Origin: Candidatus Vogelbacteria bacterium RIFOXYD1_FULL_44_32
GTDB taxonomy: Bacteria > Patescibacteriota > Minisyncoccia > Phycocordibacterales > XYD1-FULL-46-19
Length of the DNA stretch: 64,000 nt
Assembly: GCA_001823065.1 (NCBI GenBank)
Contig: MHTJ01000003.1
Location: forward strand, 106,869-170,868
Reading direction: 5' to 3'
The notes under the pieces were generated by a model that ran no database searches, was not told the DNA's origin, and worked only from the letters and a program-made list of their open reading frames with translations. The position numbers were made by a program, and so were the translations under genes. Positions 27,150 through 35,649 of the stretch are shown here, one piece after another (the stretch's first letter is position 1; every line of letters starts with the position of its first letter).

Positions 27150-27582
27150 CAAAAGAAGCCCCGAAAGGGGTTTTTCTTTTGTGCTTGGGGAGCAAGCCGT
27201 CTGCTCGGCTTGCGTGCGGGTTCGAAAGACGGAGACATGTCGAGCTTGCGAGACAGTCGAGTCCGGGTAGGAGCCACACAATATTTTAGGAGTGGAGCGA
27301 ACTAAAATATTGATGTGAGCTGACGCCGAACCCGCCCCCAAGCACACACGAAGGCCCCGCAAGGGGTCTTTTTCGTGTGTGCTTGGGGGCGGGTGGGGAA
27401 AGGTCGAAAACCGGGAGGTTTTTGTGGAGGAAGGCAACGAGCGAAGCGAGTGTTGGAAAACCGTGCCCGCCCGCAACGCCTGAGCTTGCGATGGCGGGCG
27501 GGGGTTTCCAAGTTCCCGTCCCCAAGATTAATAAATTAGCGAACTAAAATATTGATGTGAGCTGACACCGAACCCGCCCCCA
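27141..27582 (+). repeat. cluster of tRNA-Phe 3'-end-derived inverted and direct repeats, including structured motif copy B
   Basis: Hairpins 27141-27190 and 27331-27393; 45-bp direct repeat 27296-27340 / 27538-27582 ending in cgaacccgccccca. Confidence 0.8.
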
Positions 27583-27665
27583 CAAATTTCTAATTTGACT
27601 TTTCCACTCCATCAGTTAGATTTTATCCAGGATTTAGAAAAACTTCTAAGAAGGAGGATCTCGTC

Positions 27666-27896
27666 ATGTCTGAGTATTTGAAAGAGGGTCAGTGGATTGC
27701 ACGTGTGGCACTCATTGACCCGAAAAAAGAGAGACAGAAATGTCCCAACTGTGGTTCTGTTGGTCAACTTCGGACGGAATTGAACTATGAGGAAAAAGAA
27801 GTGATCGCTTGCCGTGATTGTTCCTGTGAATTCCTTCCCAAACGCAGATGGTTTTTTTGGAAGGGATTTTTGGTTACCCACGGTATACCATTTTGA
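27666..27896 (+). CDS. small zinc-ribbon protein
   Basis: CPNC...CRDC; SD aaggagg. Confidence 0.7.
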   Translation: MSEYLKEGQWIARVALIDPKKERQKCPNCGSVGQLRTELNYEEKEVIACRDCSCEFLPKRRWFFWKGFLVTHGIPF

Positions 27897-27912
27897 ATCT
27901 TGCTGTTTCAGC

Positions 27913-27946
27913 AAATCCCCCGCGAGCCTAGGCTCGCGGGGGATTA
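27913..27946. terminator. bidirectional terminator-like hairpin
   Basis: aatcccccgcgagc-ctag-gctcgcgggggatt between convergent genes. Confidence 0.65.
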
Positions 27947-27983
27947 AATTTTTTACTGCTTTGTTTTCACTTTCAATTTTACA

Positions 27984-28898
27984 TCAACAAGGCCCCCGAT
28001 AATTTTCTGGGTCTGGGACTTGTGATTCAGGAATATACCAAATATCACCACAGTGGCCACTTAAATACCAAGAAACTCCCTCACTAGAAACAATGGCTTT
28101 TTCGTTGAGGGTCATAGTAGAGGGGTTTATACCAATCAGTTTCTGATTTTCAAAGTAGACATTAGTTTTGTCTAAACCAAACAGGAGTGAAGAGCCGGGG
28201 AATTTCTTCTCATAAAACTCGTTTGGATTAGCATTTTCTACCTTTTTACCCTCGAAATATATCCCAGTTTTGTCTCTAAAATAACTGTAATTAGACACTG
28301 GTTGGAAAGTATTGGGGTCAGCGCCAACTACCACTTCGGCCTGATAGAAAACTTTGTTTTTATCTTTGGCATAGGGCCATTTTATTAGTTCAAATGTCTT
28401 AGTGTCGGCTTCGGGTAAAGGATGCTTAAAGGTTTCGTAAAAATTTATAATGACACTAATCTTATCGTTTTCCCTTATATAATAACTACCGCCTTTGGGT
28501 GGTATTTCTTTTGGTGAGTAATAAATAGTAAATGTTTCTGGATCCATGTCGGGCACGATTCCTTTGATTCTTGTTGGGCTGTTTTTACTATCTTTTTGGT
28601 AGTAATAGGCAGTGGTAGAATACACGCTGTTTTTATCCTTAAAATATCCGTCACCTATATAGGTAAGAGTTTTCGGGTCCCTAATCTTAATTGTGGTTGT
28701 TGCCCCTCCGTCCCAATCTCTATAAGATAGTATGTTGCCATTAAGTTGGTATTCATCTTCAAAAACTATAGTTTTTTGGGGCCAAAACACATATCCAGTA
28801 CAGAAGATTGCAATTAGAAGTAAACAGACAGCGACCACAATAAACTCTCTTCGATTTAAAAGAGATTTTATTTTTTCTAACAGATTACGAAAATCCAT
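27984..28898 (-). CDS. DKNYY-repeat family protein
   Basis: YFKDKNSVY, YAKDKNKVFY, YFRDKTGIY, LDKTNVYF repeats with ADP.TF. Confidence 0.85.
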   Translation of the reverse strand: MDFRNLLEKIKSLLNRREFIVVAVCLLLIAIFCTGYVFWPQKTIVFEDEYQLNGNILSYRDWDGGATTTIKIRDPKTLTYIGDGYFKDKNSVYSTTAYYYQKDSKNSPTRIKGIVPDMDPETFTIYYSPKEIPPKGGSYYIRENDKISVIINFYETFKHPLPEADTKTFELIKWPYAKDKNKVFYQAEVVVGADPNTFQPVSNYSYFRDKTGIYFEGKKVENANPNEFYEKKFPGSSLLFGLDKTNVYFENQKLIGINPSTMTLNEKAIVSSEGVSWYLSGHCGDIWYIPESQVPDPENYRGPC

Positions 28899-28915
28899 AT
28901 AAATATCTTACCTAC

Positions 28916-29377
28916 CTACTGTCCCGTCTTCACTTTCAACTTGGTCGATTTGTCTTTATCTATTTTAGGTAGTCTGATTGTCAGCAACCCATTTCTTTCC
29001 GTTGCTTCGGCTTCTTCGGTTTCGACTTCAGCGGGCAGGAGGATAGTGCGTGCAAATGAACCCCAATACAGCTCGCGTTGGAAGTAATCTTCGTCAGCAA
29101 TCGTGCGGACCGCTTCGCGCGTGCCTTTAATCGTCACCATTTCGCGGGTAATATTGATATTTAAATCTTCCGCTTTGACGCCCGCAGCCATAGTTTGAAT
29201 AATAATTTCGCTCGGGGTCTGATAAACATCAACAGCCAGCTCACCTACCTCCTCTTCGGTCCAATCAGCTTGGGTACGAGTTGGCTCGGGGATAATTTCA
29301 GCAAAATCGTCATGATCGTCAGCCACGGAAATCGTGCCAGTTATTCTTTCAAAAAATGAGCGTCGGTCTTTTGCCAT
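28916..29377 (-). CDS. Hsp20 / alpha-crystallin small heat-shock protein
   Basis: VDVYQT...ELYWGSFARTILLP...NGLLTIRLPK. Confidence 0.92.
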   Translation of the reverse strand: MAKDRRSFFERITGTISVADDHDDFAEIIPEPTRTQADWTEEEVGELAVDVYQTPSEIIIQTMAAGVKAEDLNINITREMVTIKGTREAVRTIADEDYFQRELYWGSFARTILLPAEVETEEAEATERNGLLTIRLPKIDKDKSTKLKVKTGQ

Positions 29378-29397
29378 ATGATTAATTTAGATTATTT

Positions 29398-30186
29398 TTA
29401 AATTGATTCTTTTAAAATTTTTGGTCGACAGATAACGGTTTTTATTTTCTCAAAGAAATAAATTATAAAGATAGCCAGAAGCCAGAGGGTAACAAAAATC
29501 TTAAGCATTCCACTTCCGCTAGAGGTTATTATAAGAAAATTAAAGGCGCCATGCAATAAAGTAGCGGTGCATAAGCCAATAATAATCGCAGTGGTTTTAG
29601 TGAGCCGGGCCGAACAAAAAGATAAGGAGATCATCCCGCCGACAATAGCCGACGAGACTATGTGGACCACCGTGGCTCCCAGAAAGCGTAGATTACCAGT
29701 CAAAATAAAAAAGATGCTGGTCTCGCCCGACAGTAGGGTGCTAAGTAAAAACAGAGTATTTTCAACCGCGGCAAAACCGATAGCGGCAGTGATGATATAA
29801 ATCATCGCGTCAATTGGTTCGTCAAAGTTGCGACTGCGAAAACCCGTAAAATAAGCGGCCGACAATTTGACTATTTCTTCGACGGCCGCCCAAATAAAGA
29901 TAAAGCCCGCCGACGATATTAAAAATGATAGCGAAAAACTGGGGTTGCTATAATCAAAGCCGGTCCACTGAGCTCGGGTGGCCCAGTCGGCGAGAAATCT
30001 TTGGATTAAAAAAGCCAAGACAACCGAAAGTCCACCGGCCACAAAGGCCTCGGCAATTATCGCTTTTGGTTCGGGTTTTTGGTCATCTTCGCGGAGCCAA
30101 AACCACAACCAAATTAAAGCCGGCGCAAAACCGCCGACCAAGGAAAAGACCGCCATACTTAAATTTAAATCAATTGTCGGTAGCAT
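29398..30186 (-). CDS. PrsW-family intramembrane metalloprotease
   Basis: EEIVK, GFAAVEN, HGAFN motifs. Confidence 0.9.
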   Translation of the reverse strand: MLPTIDLNLSMAVFSLVGGFAPALIWLWFWLREDDQKPEPKAIIAEAFVAGGLSVVLAFLIQRFLADWATRAQWTGFDYSNPSFSLSFLISSAGFIFIWAAVEEIVKLSAAYFTGFRSRNFDEPIDAMIYIITAAIGFAAVENTLFLLSTLLSGETSIFFILTGNLRFLGATVVHIVSSAIVGGMISLSFCSARLTKTTAIIIGLCTATLLHGAFNFLIITSSGSGMLKIFVTLWLLAIFIIYFFEKIKTVICRPKILKESI

Positions 30187-30214
30187 CCCGTTAGAGGTGG
30201 AGTTTATTTAGTGG

Positions 30215-32377
30215 TTATAAATGAGGCCACGGCTCGATGATAAGGAGTGAACCGCCTGGATTTATTATACCCCAAAGTTCTTCGGTCAAAAATGGCATAA
30301 AGGGGTGCAATGATTTTAAAACTTGGCGTAAAGCAAAATGGAGAAACTGCGCACGCGAATTTTTGGCGACCACATCTTCACCTTTTAGAATATTTTTACT
30401 ATCCTCAATTATTTCATCGGCCAAGCGGTGCCAAGTGTAGTGATAAAGTTTTTCGGCGGCCAAGTGAAAGCGATAATTATCCATATCCGAAGTTATATCT
30501 ACCAAAAGGTCGGCCAGTTCTTGTTTTAGACTTTGGTCGGCTGGAGTAAATGCGGAAAAATTGCCGTCAAAATTTATCCCTTCGGTACTTTCCAAAATAA
30601 ACCGGCTAATATTCCACACCTTGTTGGCAAAGTTTTTGTAGCCTTTGATTTTATTTTCAGCCAGCGCCGAGTCAGACCCCGGCGGGTTACCAATCACTAG
30701 TCCCATCCGCAAGGCGTCCATACCATATTTGCTGGCAATCTCAATCGGGTTTACAACATTGCCTTTAGACTTGGACATTTTTTTGCCTTGAGCATCGTTG
30801 ACCAAGCCGTGCATATAAACCGTGTGAAAGGGGATCTGGCCTGTTAGATACAGACCAAAAATAACCATCCGCGGGACCCATTTGAAAATAAGGTCGTGGC
30901 CGGTTTCCATCACGTCGGTCGGGTGATAAGTTTCAAAATCTTTACCCTCTGGGTAGCCGAGTACCAACTGTGGCCATTGGCCGGAAGAAAACCATGTATC
31001 AAAAGTATCGGTGTCCGCGCGCATTTCACCCCCACAAGTTTTGCAGGTGGTAATTGTATTGTCTAAATCTGGTGTGCCATCACTACAAGCATCACAAATT
31101 TTGGCCGGTATCGATATACCCCATACTATTTGGCGGGAGATATTCCAGTCCAAGGTGTTTTCCATCCAATACAAAAATATTTTGCGATAGTTGTCGGGGA
31201 TAAATTTAATTTTATTCTCATTCACTGCCTCAATCGCTTTAGCGGCCAGCGGTTTCATTTTTACAAACCACTGCTCTTTGATTTGCGGTTCAATCGTGGT
31301 CTCGCATTTGTAGCAAACTTTAACATTGTGCAAATAATTTTCATCAATTTTTTCCAGTAGCCCTTTGGCTTGCAATTTTTCCACAATTTTTGGTCGGGCC
31401 TCAGCAATTTTCAGACCGGCAAATTCGCCGGCAATCGGTAGTAGTCTGCCCTTAAAATCAATAATCGGTTCTTTATCCAAATTGTGGCGCTGGGCAATAT
31501 CAAAATCCACCGCATCATGCCATGGGGTAATAGTCATCACGCCCGTGCCAAATTCCATATCAATCGCCTCATCTTTTATGACAGTGGCGGTAATGGGGCC
31601 GTTGATCCATTCCAAATCTATTTGTTGGCCATGAGTATATTCTTGGTAGCGAGTGTCAGCGGGGTGCATTACCACATATTTGTCGCCAAATTTGGTTTCG
31701 GGGCGAGAAGTACCAATAGTAAAGGGGCCATATTTGAAATAATAAAACGGTTCTTTTTTTTCTTTAAATTCGGTTTCGACATCAGATAGGGAAGTTTGGT
31801 GTTTGGTACACCAGTTAATAATCCGTTTACCGCGGTAGACCAAACCATCGTCATACATTTTTTTGAAAGTGGTTTGAGTTTTTTCGATCACATCTTTATC
31901 AAGCGTAAATTTTTCGCGCGACCAATCGCAAGAAGCACCGACCGCTCGCACTTCCGCTTCCATATATTTTTTGTGTTCCATTGTGAAGGCGTAGATTTCG
32001 TCATACAGGTCTTTAGCTTCCATGCCAAAACGGGAACGACCTTCTTTTTCCAATTTTTTCTCGTAAACAATTTGGGTTTCAAAGCCGGCATGGTCGGCAC
32101 CCGGTACCCACAGCGCTTTGTAACCCTGCATTCGCTTGTAGCGGGTCATAATGTCTTCCATCGTAATAAAAAGAGCGTGACCAGCGTGCAGGTGACCGTT
32201 GGCGTTTGGCGGCGGCATGATGATGGTGAAAGTTTTGCCGAAGTTGGGGTTGGTCTTTGGGTTGTCGGCCCAAGGCCGATCAGCCTCGGGCTGAAAATAG
32301 CCCGACTTTTCCCAAGTTTCGTAGATTCGACCCTCGGTTGTTGTTGGGTCGTATGGTTTGGTTAGCTTCTGATCCAT
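30215..32377 (-). CDS. valS: valine--tRNA ligase (short form)
   Basis: PPPNANGHLHAGH, DWNISRQIVWG, KMSKS. Confidence 0.95.
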   Translation of the reverse strand: MDQKLTKPYDPTTTEGRIYETWEKSGYFQPEADRPWADNPKTNPNFGKTFTIIMPPPNANGHLHAGHALFITMEDIMTRYKRMQGYKALWVPGADHAGFETQIVYEKKLEKEGRSRFGMEAKDLYDEIYAFTMEHKKYMEAEVRAVGASCDWSREKFTLDKDVIEKTQTTFKKMYDDGLVYRGKRIINWCTKHQTSLSDVETEFKEKKEPFYYFKYGPFTIGTSRPETKFGDKYVVMHPADTRYQEYTHGQQIDLEWINGPITATVIKDEAIDMEFGTGVMTITPWHDAVDFDIAQRHNLDKEPIIDFKGRLLPIAGEFAGLKIAEARPKIVEKLQAKGLLEKIDENYLHNVKVCYKCETTIEPQIKEQWFVKMKPLAAKAIEAVNENKIKFIPDNYRKIFLYWMENTLDWNISRQIVWGISIPAKICDACSDGTPDLDNTITTCKTCGGEMRADTDTFDTWFSSGQWPQLVLGYPEGKDFETYHPTDVMETGHDLIFKWVPRMVIFGLYLTGQIPFHTVYMHGLVNDAQGKKMSKSKGNVVNPIEIASKYGMDALRMGLVIGNPPGSDSALAENKIKGYKNFANKVWNISRFILESTEGINFDGNFSAFTPADQSLKQELADLLVDITSDMDNYRFHLAAEKLYHYTWHRLADEIIEDSKNILKGEDVVAKNSRAQFLHFALRQVLKSLHPFMPFLTEELWGIINPGGSLLIIEPWPHL

Positions 32378-32415
32378 TAGTGAATATCGTACCACGCTAT
32401 AAGGGTTTTTTGAAG

Positions 32416-33588
32416 TTAGAGCTTGAGGTTGCCTTGGGCACGGATACTATCTGGCCCAGACGATTCTCCTTGGTGGAAAAAGGCAGCCAGTGCGATCATG
32501 GTGGCGTTGTCGGTGGAGGTTTCTAGAGTTGGTAGCAGTAGGGCGAGGCCTTTGTCGGCACAAACTTTGGCTAGTTGGGTGCGCAGGTATTGGTTGGCAA
32601 TCACGCCACCACCCACAATCAGGGTGGGGGCATTGTATTCTTCACAAGCCGACATTGCTTTGGCGATCAAGACTTCCACGACAGCATCTTCAAATTCGCG
32701 GGCCAAAGTGAGTTTGTCGGTTTCGTTTAGCTCGCCCCTTTTTTCTATCGCATAGCGGACGGCGGTTTTAATACCCGAAAAAGAAAAGTCGTAGTCGCCT
32801 GAGTTTTTCATGGGGCGGGGGAGCTGCCAGTCGCCGGTTAGGTTTTGGGCGCGGGCCTCGGCCGCAAGGCGCGAAATTTGGGGACCACCGGGGTAGGGTA
32901 GGCCGAGGAGGCGAGCGACTTTGTCAAAGGCCTCACCCACCGCATCGTCGCGGGTCTCGCCTAGGCGCTCGTACTCGCCCCAGTTTTTCACCAAGACAAG
33001 CTCGGTGTGGCCACCAGACACGAGTAGGGCCACGGCTGGAAATTGTACCTGTTTCGGATTTCGTGCTTCGTATTTTGTGCTTTCTCCGTCTGCAAGCACG
33101 GAGACAATATGCCCCTCCATATGGTTTACCGGCACCAAGGGTTTCATCCAAGCGGTGGCTAGAGCGCGGGCAAAGTTAATACCCGCCCACAGCGCTGGCT
33201 CAAGGCCGGGGCCGGCGGTGACAGCGATAGTGTCTATCTCGGGTATTTGAATAGATGACAAAAAAGATATTAAATTTTCCGCCAGCCCTTCTTCGCGGTC
33301 TAAAATTTCGCGGATAAGGATAGCTTCCGAGCTAGACATATCGGGGTGCTCCCATTCGCGTAAAAGATCGGCTTTAACTAGAGCTTCTTCTAAAACCGGG
33401 ATAAGATTGGCGATGTGTTCCCGCCGAGCGAGGTTAGGTACGACGCCACCCCAAACCGCGTGCAGTTCAACTTGCGACGAAACAATATGTGACAGCACCT
33501 TAAACGAGGGCGACTGTTGGTCACCCTCGGCTTCCACAATACTAATCGCGGTTTCATCACAACTGGTTTCAATCGCGAGGATTTTCAT
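32416..33588 (-). CDS. tsaD: tRNA N6-threonylcarbamoyltransferase
   Basis: ILAIETSCDET, NHMEGH, SGGHT, DDAVGEAFDK, TDNATMI. Confidence 0.95.
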   Translation of the reverse strand: MKILAIETSCDETAISIVEAEGDQQSPSFKVLSHIVSSQVELHAVWGGVVPNLARREHIANLIPVLEEALVKADLLREWEHPDMSSSEAILIREILDREEGLAENLISFLSSIQIPEIDTIAVTAGPGLEPALWAGINFARALATAWMKPLVPVNHMEGHIVSVLADGESTKYEARNPKQVQFPAVALLVSGGHTELVLVKNWGEYERLGETRDDAVGEAFDKVARLLGLPYPGGPQISRLAAEARAQNLTGDWQLPRPMKNSGDYDFSFSGIKTAVRYAIEKRGELNETDKLTLAREFEDAVVEVLIAKAMSACEEYNAPTLIVGGGVIANQYLRTQLAKVCADKGLALLLPTLETSTDNATMIALAAFFHQGESSGPDSIRAQGNLKL

Positions 33589-34124
33589 TTTTGTTTATAG
33601 AAACTATGGTCAGGCGCGATAATTTGAATTAAGGTGTTGCGAAGGGCTTCCTCTAAACTCACCTCGCGGGCGATCATTCCTCCTGAATATGTTCCCCATG
33701 TATCGTTGGGGAGGTTGCCGTATTTTTCTTCTAATATAGCCATAACATCGCAGTGTTCCTTATTTAGTTTTTTCATCTCACCAAGAATAAAATCGGGAAC
33801 CTTTAAGCCACTAGAATAACCGTAAAATGTCTCATCTTTTGTAAAAATCGTGCACCAAGCTTCTTCGTAAATATGTCCATATCTTTCGACTAGACCACTT
33901 TCTAAACCAACCCACATATCGGCTGACGGGATATTATTTTTGGCGTCTTCGGCGCGATTTTTTGAGCCATCAAAAGTTTGTTTGTCGTAGGGCGTATCTG
34001 GTACGCCAGAATTGCTTTTGTACCCTTCAATATGTAAATCGGTAGACAGAGATAGCTGTTCGGTCAAAATTTTTCGCGCAATATCTATTTTACGCTCACT
34101 AGTGGAGCCAATAATTATTTTCAT
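33585..34124 (-). CDS. non-canonical purine NTPase (YjjX/DUF84 family)
   Basis: IIIGSTS..K, SGVPDTP, GSKNRA, GLESG; ORF extension beyond 34124 lies in the tRNA. Confidence 0.82.
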   Translation of the reverse strand: MKIIIGSTSERKIDIARKILTEQLSLSTDLHIEGYKSNSGVPDTPYDKQTFDGSKNRAEDAKNNIPSADMWVGLESGLVERYGHIYEEAWCTIFTKDETFYGYSSGLKVPDFILGEMKKLNKEHCDVMAILEEKYGNLPNDTWGTYSGGMIAREVSLEEALRNTLIQIIAPDHSFYKQK

Positions 34125-34213
34125 GGCGGAGAGAGGGAGATTCGAACTCCCGATACAGTTGCCCGTATGCCGGTTTTCGAAACCGGTGCCTTCAACCACT
34201 CAGCCATCTCTCC
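34124..34213 (-). tRNA. tRNA-Ser(CGA), CCA encoded
   Basis: ggagaga/tctctcc acceptor, ccggt-ttCGAaa-accgg, long variable arm, GCCA end. Confidence 0.93.
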
Positions 34214-34323
34214 AGATGGGCAGGCAACTCCAAGGGGGCTACCTAGTGCCTACATCCTACCCTAACTCTTGGCTTTTTTCAAAAAAATGTTATATTAGTT
34301 TTGTTCGTTTTTTGGTGTTTTTT

Positions 34324-34378
34324 GGCTAAAACAGTTTGTTAAAACTGTTCGCCCGATCCGCCAAAGGAGGATTTAGGG
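34324..34378 (+). repeat. GGCTAAAACA...TGTTCGCCC...TAGGG palindromic element, short copy
   Basis: Shares ends with 44992-45104 and 50528-50648. Confidence 0.6.
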
Positions 34379-34448
34379 CCCTATCGTCTAACGGTTAGGA
34401 CATCGCCTTTTCAAGGCGGTAATCAGAGTTCGATTCTCTGTAGGGTCA
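34377..34448 (+). tRNA. tRNA-Glu(TTC)
   Basis: ggcccta/tagggtc acceptor; loop ttTTCaa; T arm cagag-ttcgatt-ctctg. Confidence 0.93.
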
Positions 34449-34590
34449 CAAAACGACAAAATGGACTGAACTGCTTCAGTCCGTTTTGCGTTTTGTGAAG
34501 TCGGAGCTATGTTTTCTTAGTAAAGAAAACGAGCGAGACCGGGTCTGGAAAATTCACGAATGGCGATGAGTGAATTATTGTGGACCACAA
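34446..34590 (+). repeat. hairpin plus structured motif copy C, downstream of tRNA-Glu
   Basis: tcacaaaacg...cgttttgtga hairpin, then gaagtcggag...cgagaccgggtc..gaaaattc...gaattatt..gacc. Confidence 0.65.
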
Positions 34591-34671
34591 CAACCTTGCA
34601 CGCGAAGCGTTCCATATCTTCATATTCCCAATAAGTGGCAACCAAACGGGGGAGATGTTACGATATTTGGC

Positions 34672-34947
34672 ATGGAGGAGCTCGAAAAAATCAAGCAAGA
34701 ATTGGGGGAAATACAGGAGCGAAATAGGCGGGTGGAGGCGGATAAGGCGTGGGAGACCAGCTGGACCCGGAAAATCCTCATCGCCGGTCTTACTTATGTC
34801 GTTATCGTTCTCTTTTTCCTGTCGGCCGATATCCCTCGGCCATTTGTAAATGCCATCGTCCCGACCCTCGGCTTCATCCTCTCGACCCTCTCGGTGCCGG
34901 TGGTAAAAAGGTGGTGGGTGAAATATATCCCTAATTCGCGCGAATAG
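34672..34947 (+). CDS. small membrane protein
   Basis: ERNRRVEADKAWETSWTR followed by two TM. Confidence 0.75.
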   Translation: MEELEKIKQELGEIQERNRRVEADKAWETSWTRKILIAGLTYVVIVLFFLSADIPRPFVNAIVPTLGFILSTLSVPVVKRWWVKYIPNSRE

Positions 34948-34972
34948 GAGAATATATTAAATTTATATAATC

Positions 34973-35521
34973 ATGTCTGTTAAAATTACCTATTTTGTCC
35001 ATGGGACGACGGTCGACAATGAGGCAAATATTTCTTCTGGCTGGCAAGATGCGGAGCTGTCGGCGCTGGGGGTGAAGCAGTCGGAGGAATTGGCCGAGCA
35101 AACTAAAGACTTGGTATTTGATGCGATTTTTTGTTCGGACTTAAAGCGAGCGGTAGATTCGGCCCATCTCACCTGGGGTGAGGCAGGTATACCGATCATC
35201 GCCGACCCGCGTTTGCGCGAGTGCAACTATGGCCAGTTGAATGGGCACCCTTCGTCCGATGTGGAGCCAAGGCAGGAGCAGTCGATCACCACCCCGATGC
35301 CTGGTGGTGAGAGCTATGAAGATGTGAAGGCGCGGGTGACAAGCTTCCTCTCCGACCTAAAGCGCGATTACGATGGTAAACATATTGCTATTGTCGCCCA
35401 CAAGGCCCCCCAGCTCGCGCTCGATGTACTACTAAAAGGCGAAACCTGGGAGCAGGCTTTTGCCAATGATTGGCGCAAGCGCGGCGCTTGGCGGGCCGGT
35501 TGGGAGTATGAGGTGAGATAG
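34973..35521 (+). CDS. histidine phosphatase family protein
   Basis: HGTT..N, SDLKRA, LRECNYG, PGGESY, VAH. Confidence 0.88.
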   Translation: MSVKITYFVHGTTVDNEANISSGWQDAELSALGVKQSEELAEQTKDLVFDAIFCSDLKRAVDSAHLTWGEAGIPIIADPRLRECNYGQLNGHPSSDVEPRQEQSITTPMPGGESYEDVKARVTSFLSDLKRDYDGKHIAIVAHKAPQLALDVLLKGETWEQAFANDWRKRGAWRAGWEYEVR

Positions 35522-35649
35522 GAAAAGTTGGAGGTCTTTGTTACGATAAGGTAAATTGGGGCGGAAGAGAGGGTCGGCTTTATTCTTTCGACCCCGTCCG
35601 TACCGGTGGTGAAAAAGTGGTGGGTTAAAATATACTATAAAATTGAAAC

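Noticed and set aside
26985-27525. Several ORFs of 67-163 aa over the tRNA-Phe locus, including a possible homing endonuclease
   Set aside because: They overlap the tRNA, intron and palindromes, and show no LAGLIDADG, HNH or GIY-YIG motif.
27141-27582. CRISPR array
   Set aside because: Only two or three irregular repeats derived from the tRNA end; no regular spacers and no cas genes.
30215-32377. Short ValS as a pseudogene
   Set aside because: Catalytic motifs are intact and the frame is uninterrupted; a shortened form is plausible in a reduced genome.
34125-34199. N-terminal extension of the YjjX ORF (MVEGTGFENR...)
   Set aside because: It is the tRNA-Ser sequence read in frame.
35555-35605. 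ggcggaagagaggg as an att-site copy of the tRNA-Ser end
   Set aside because: Short gapped match; could be chance.
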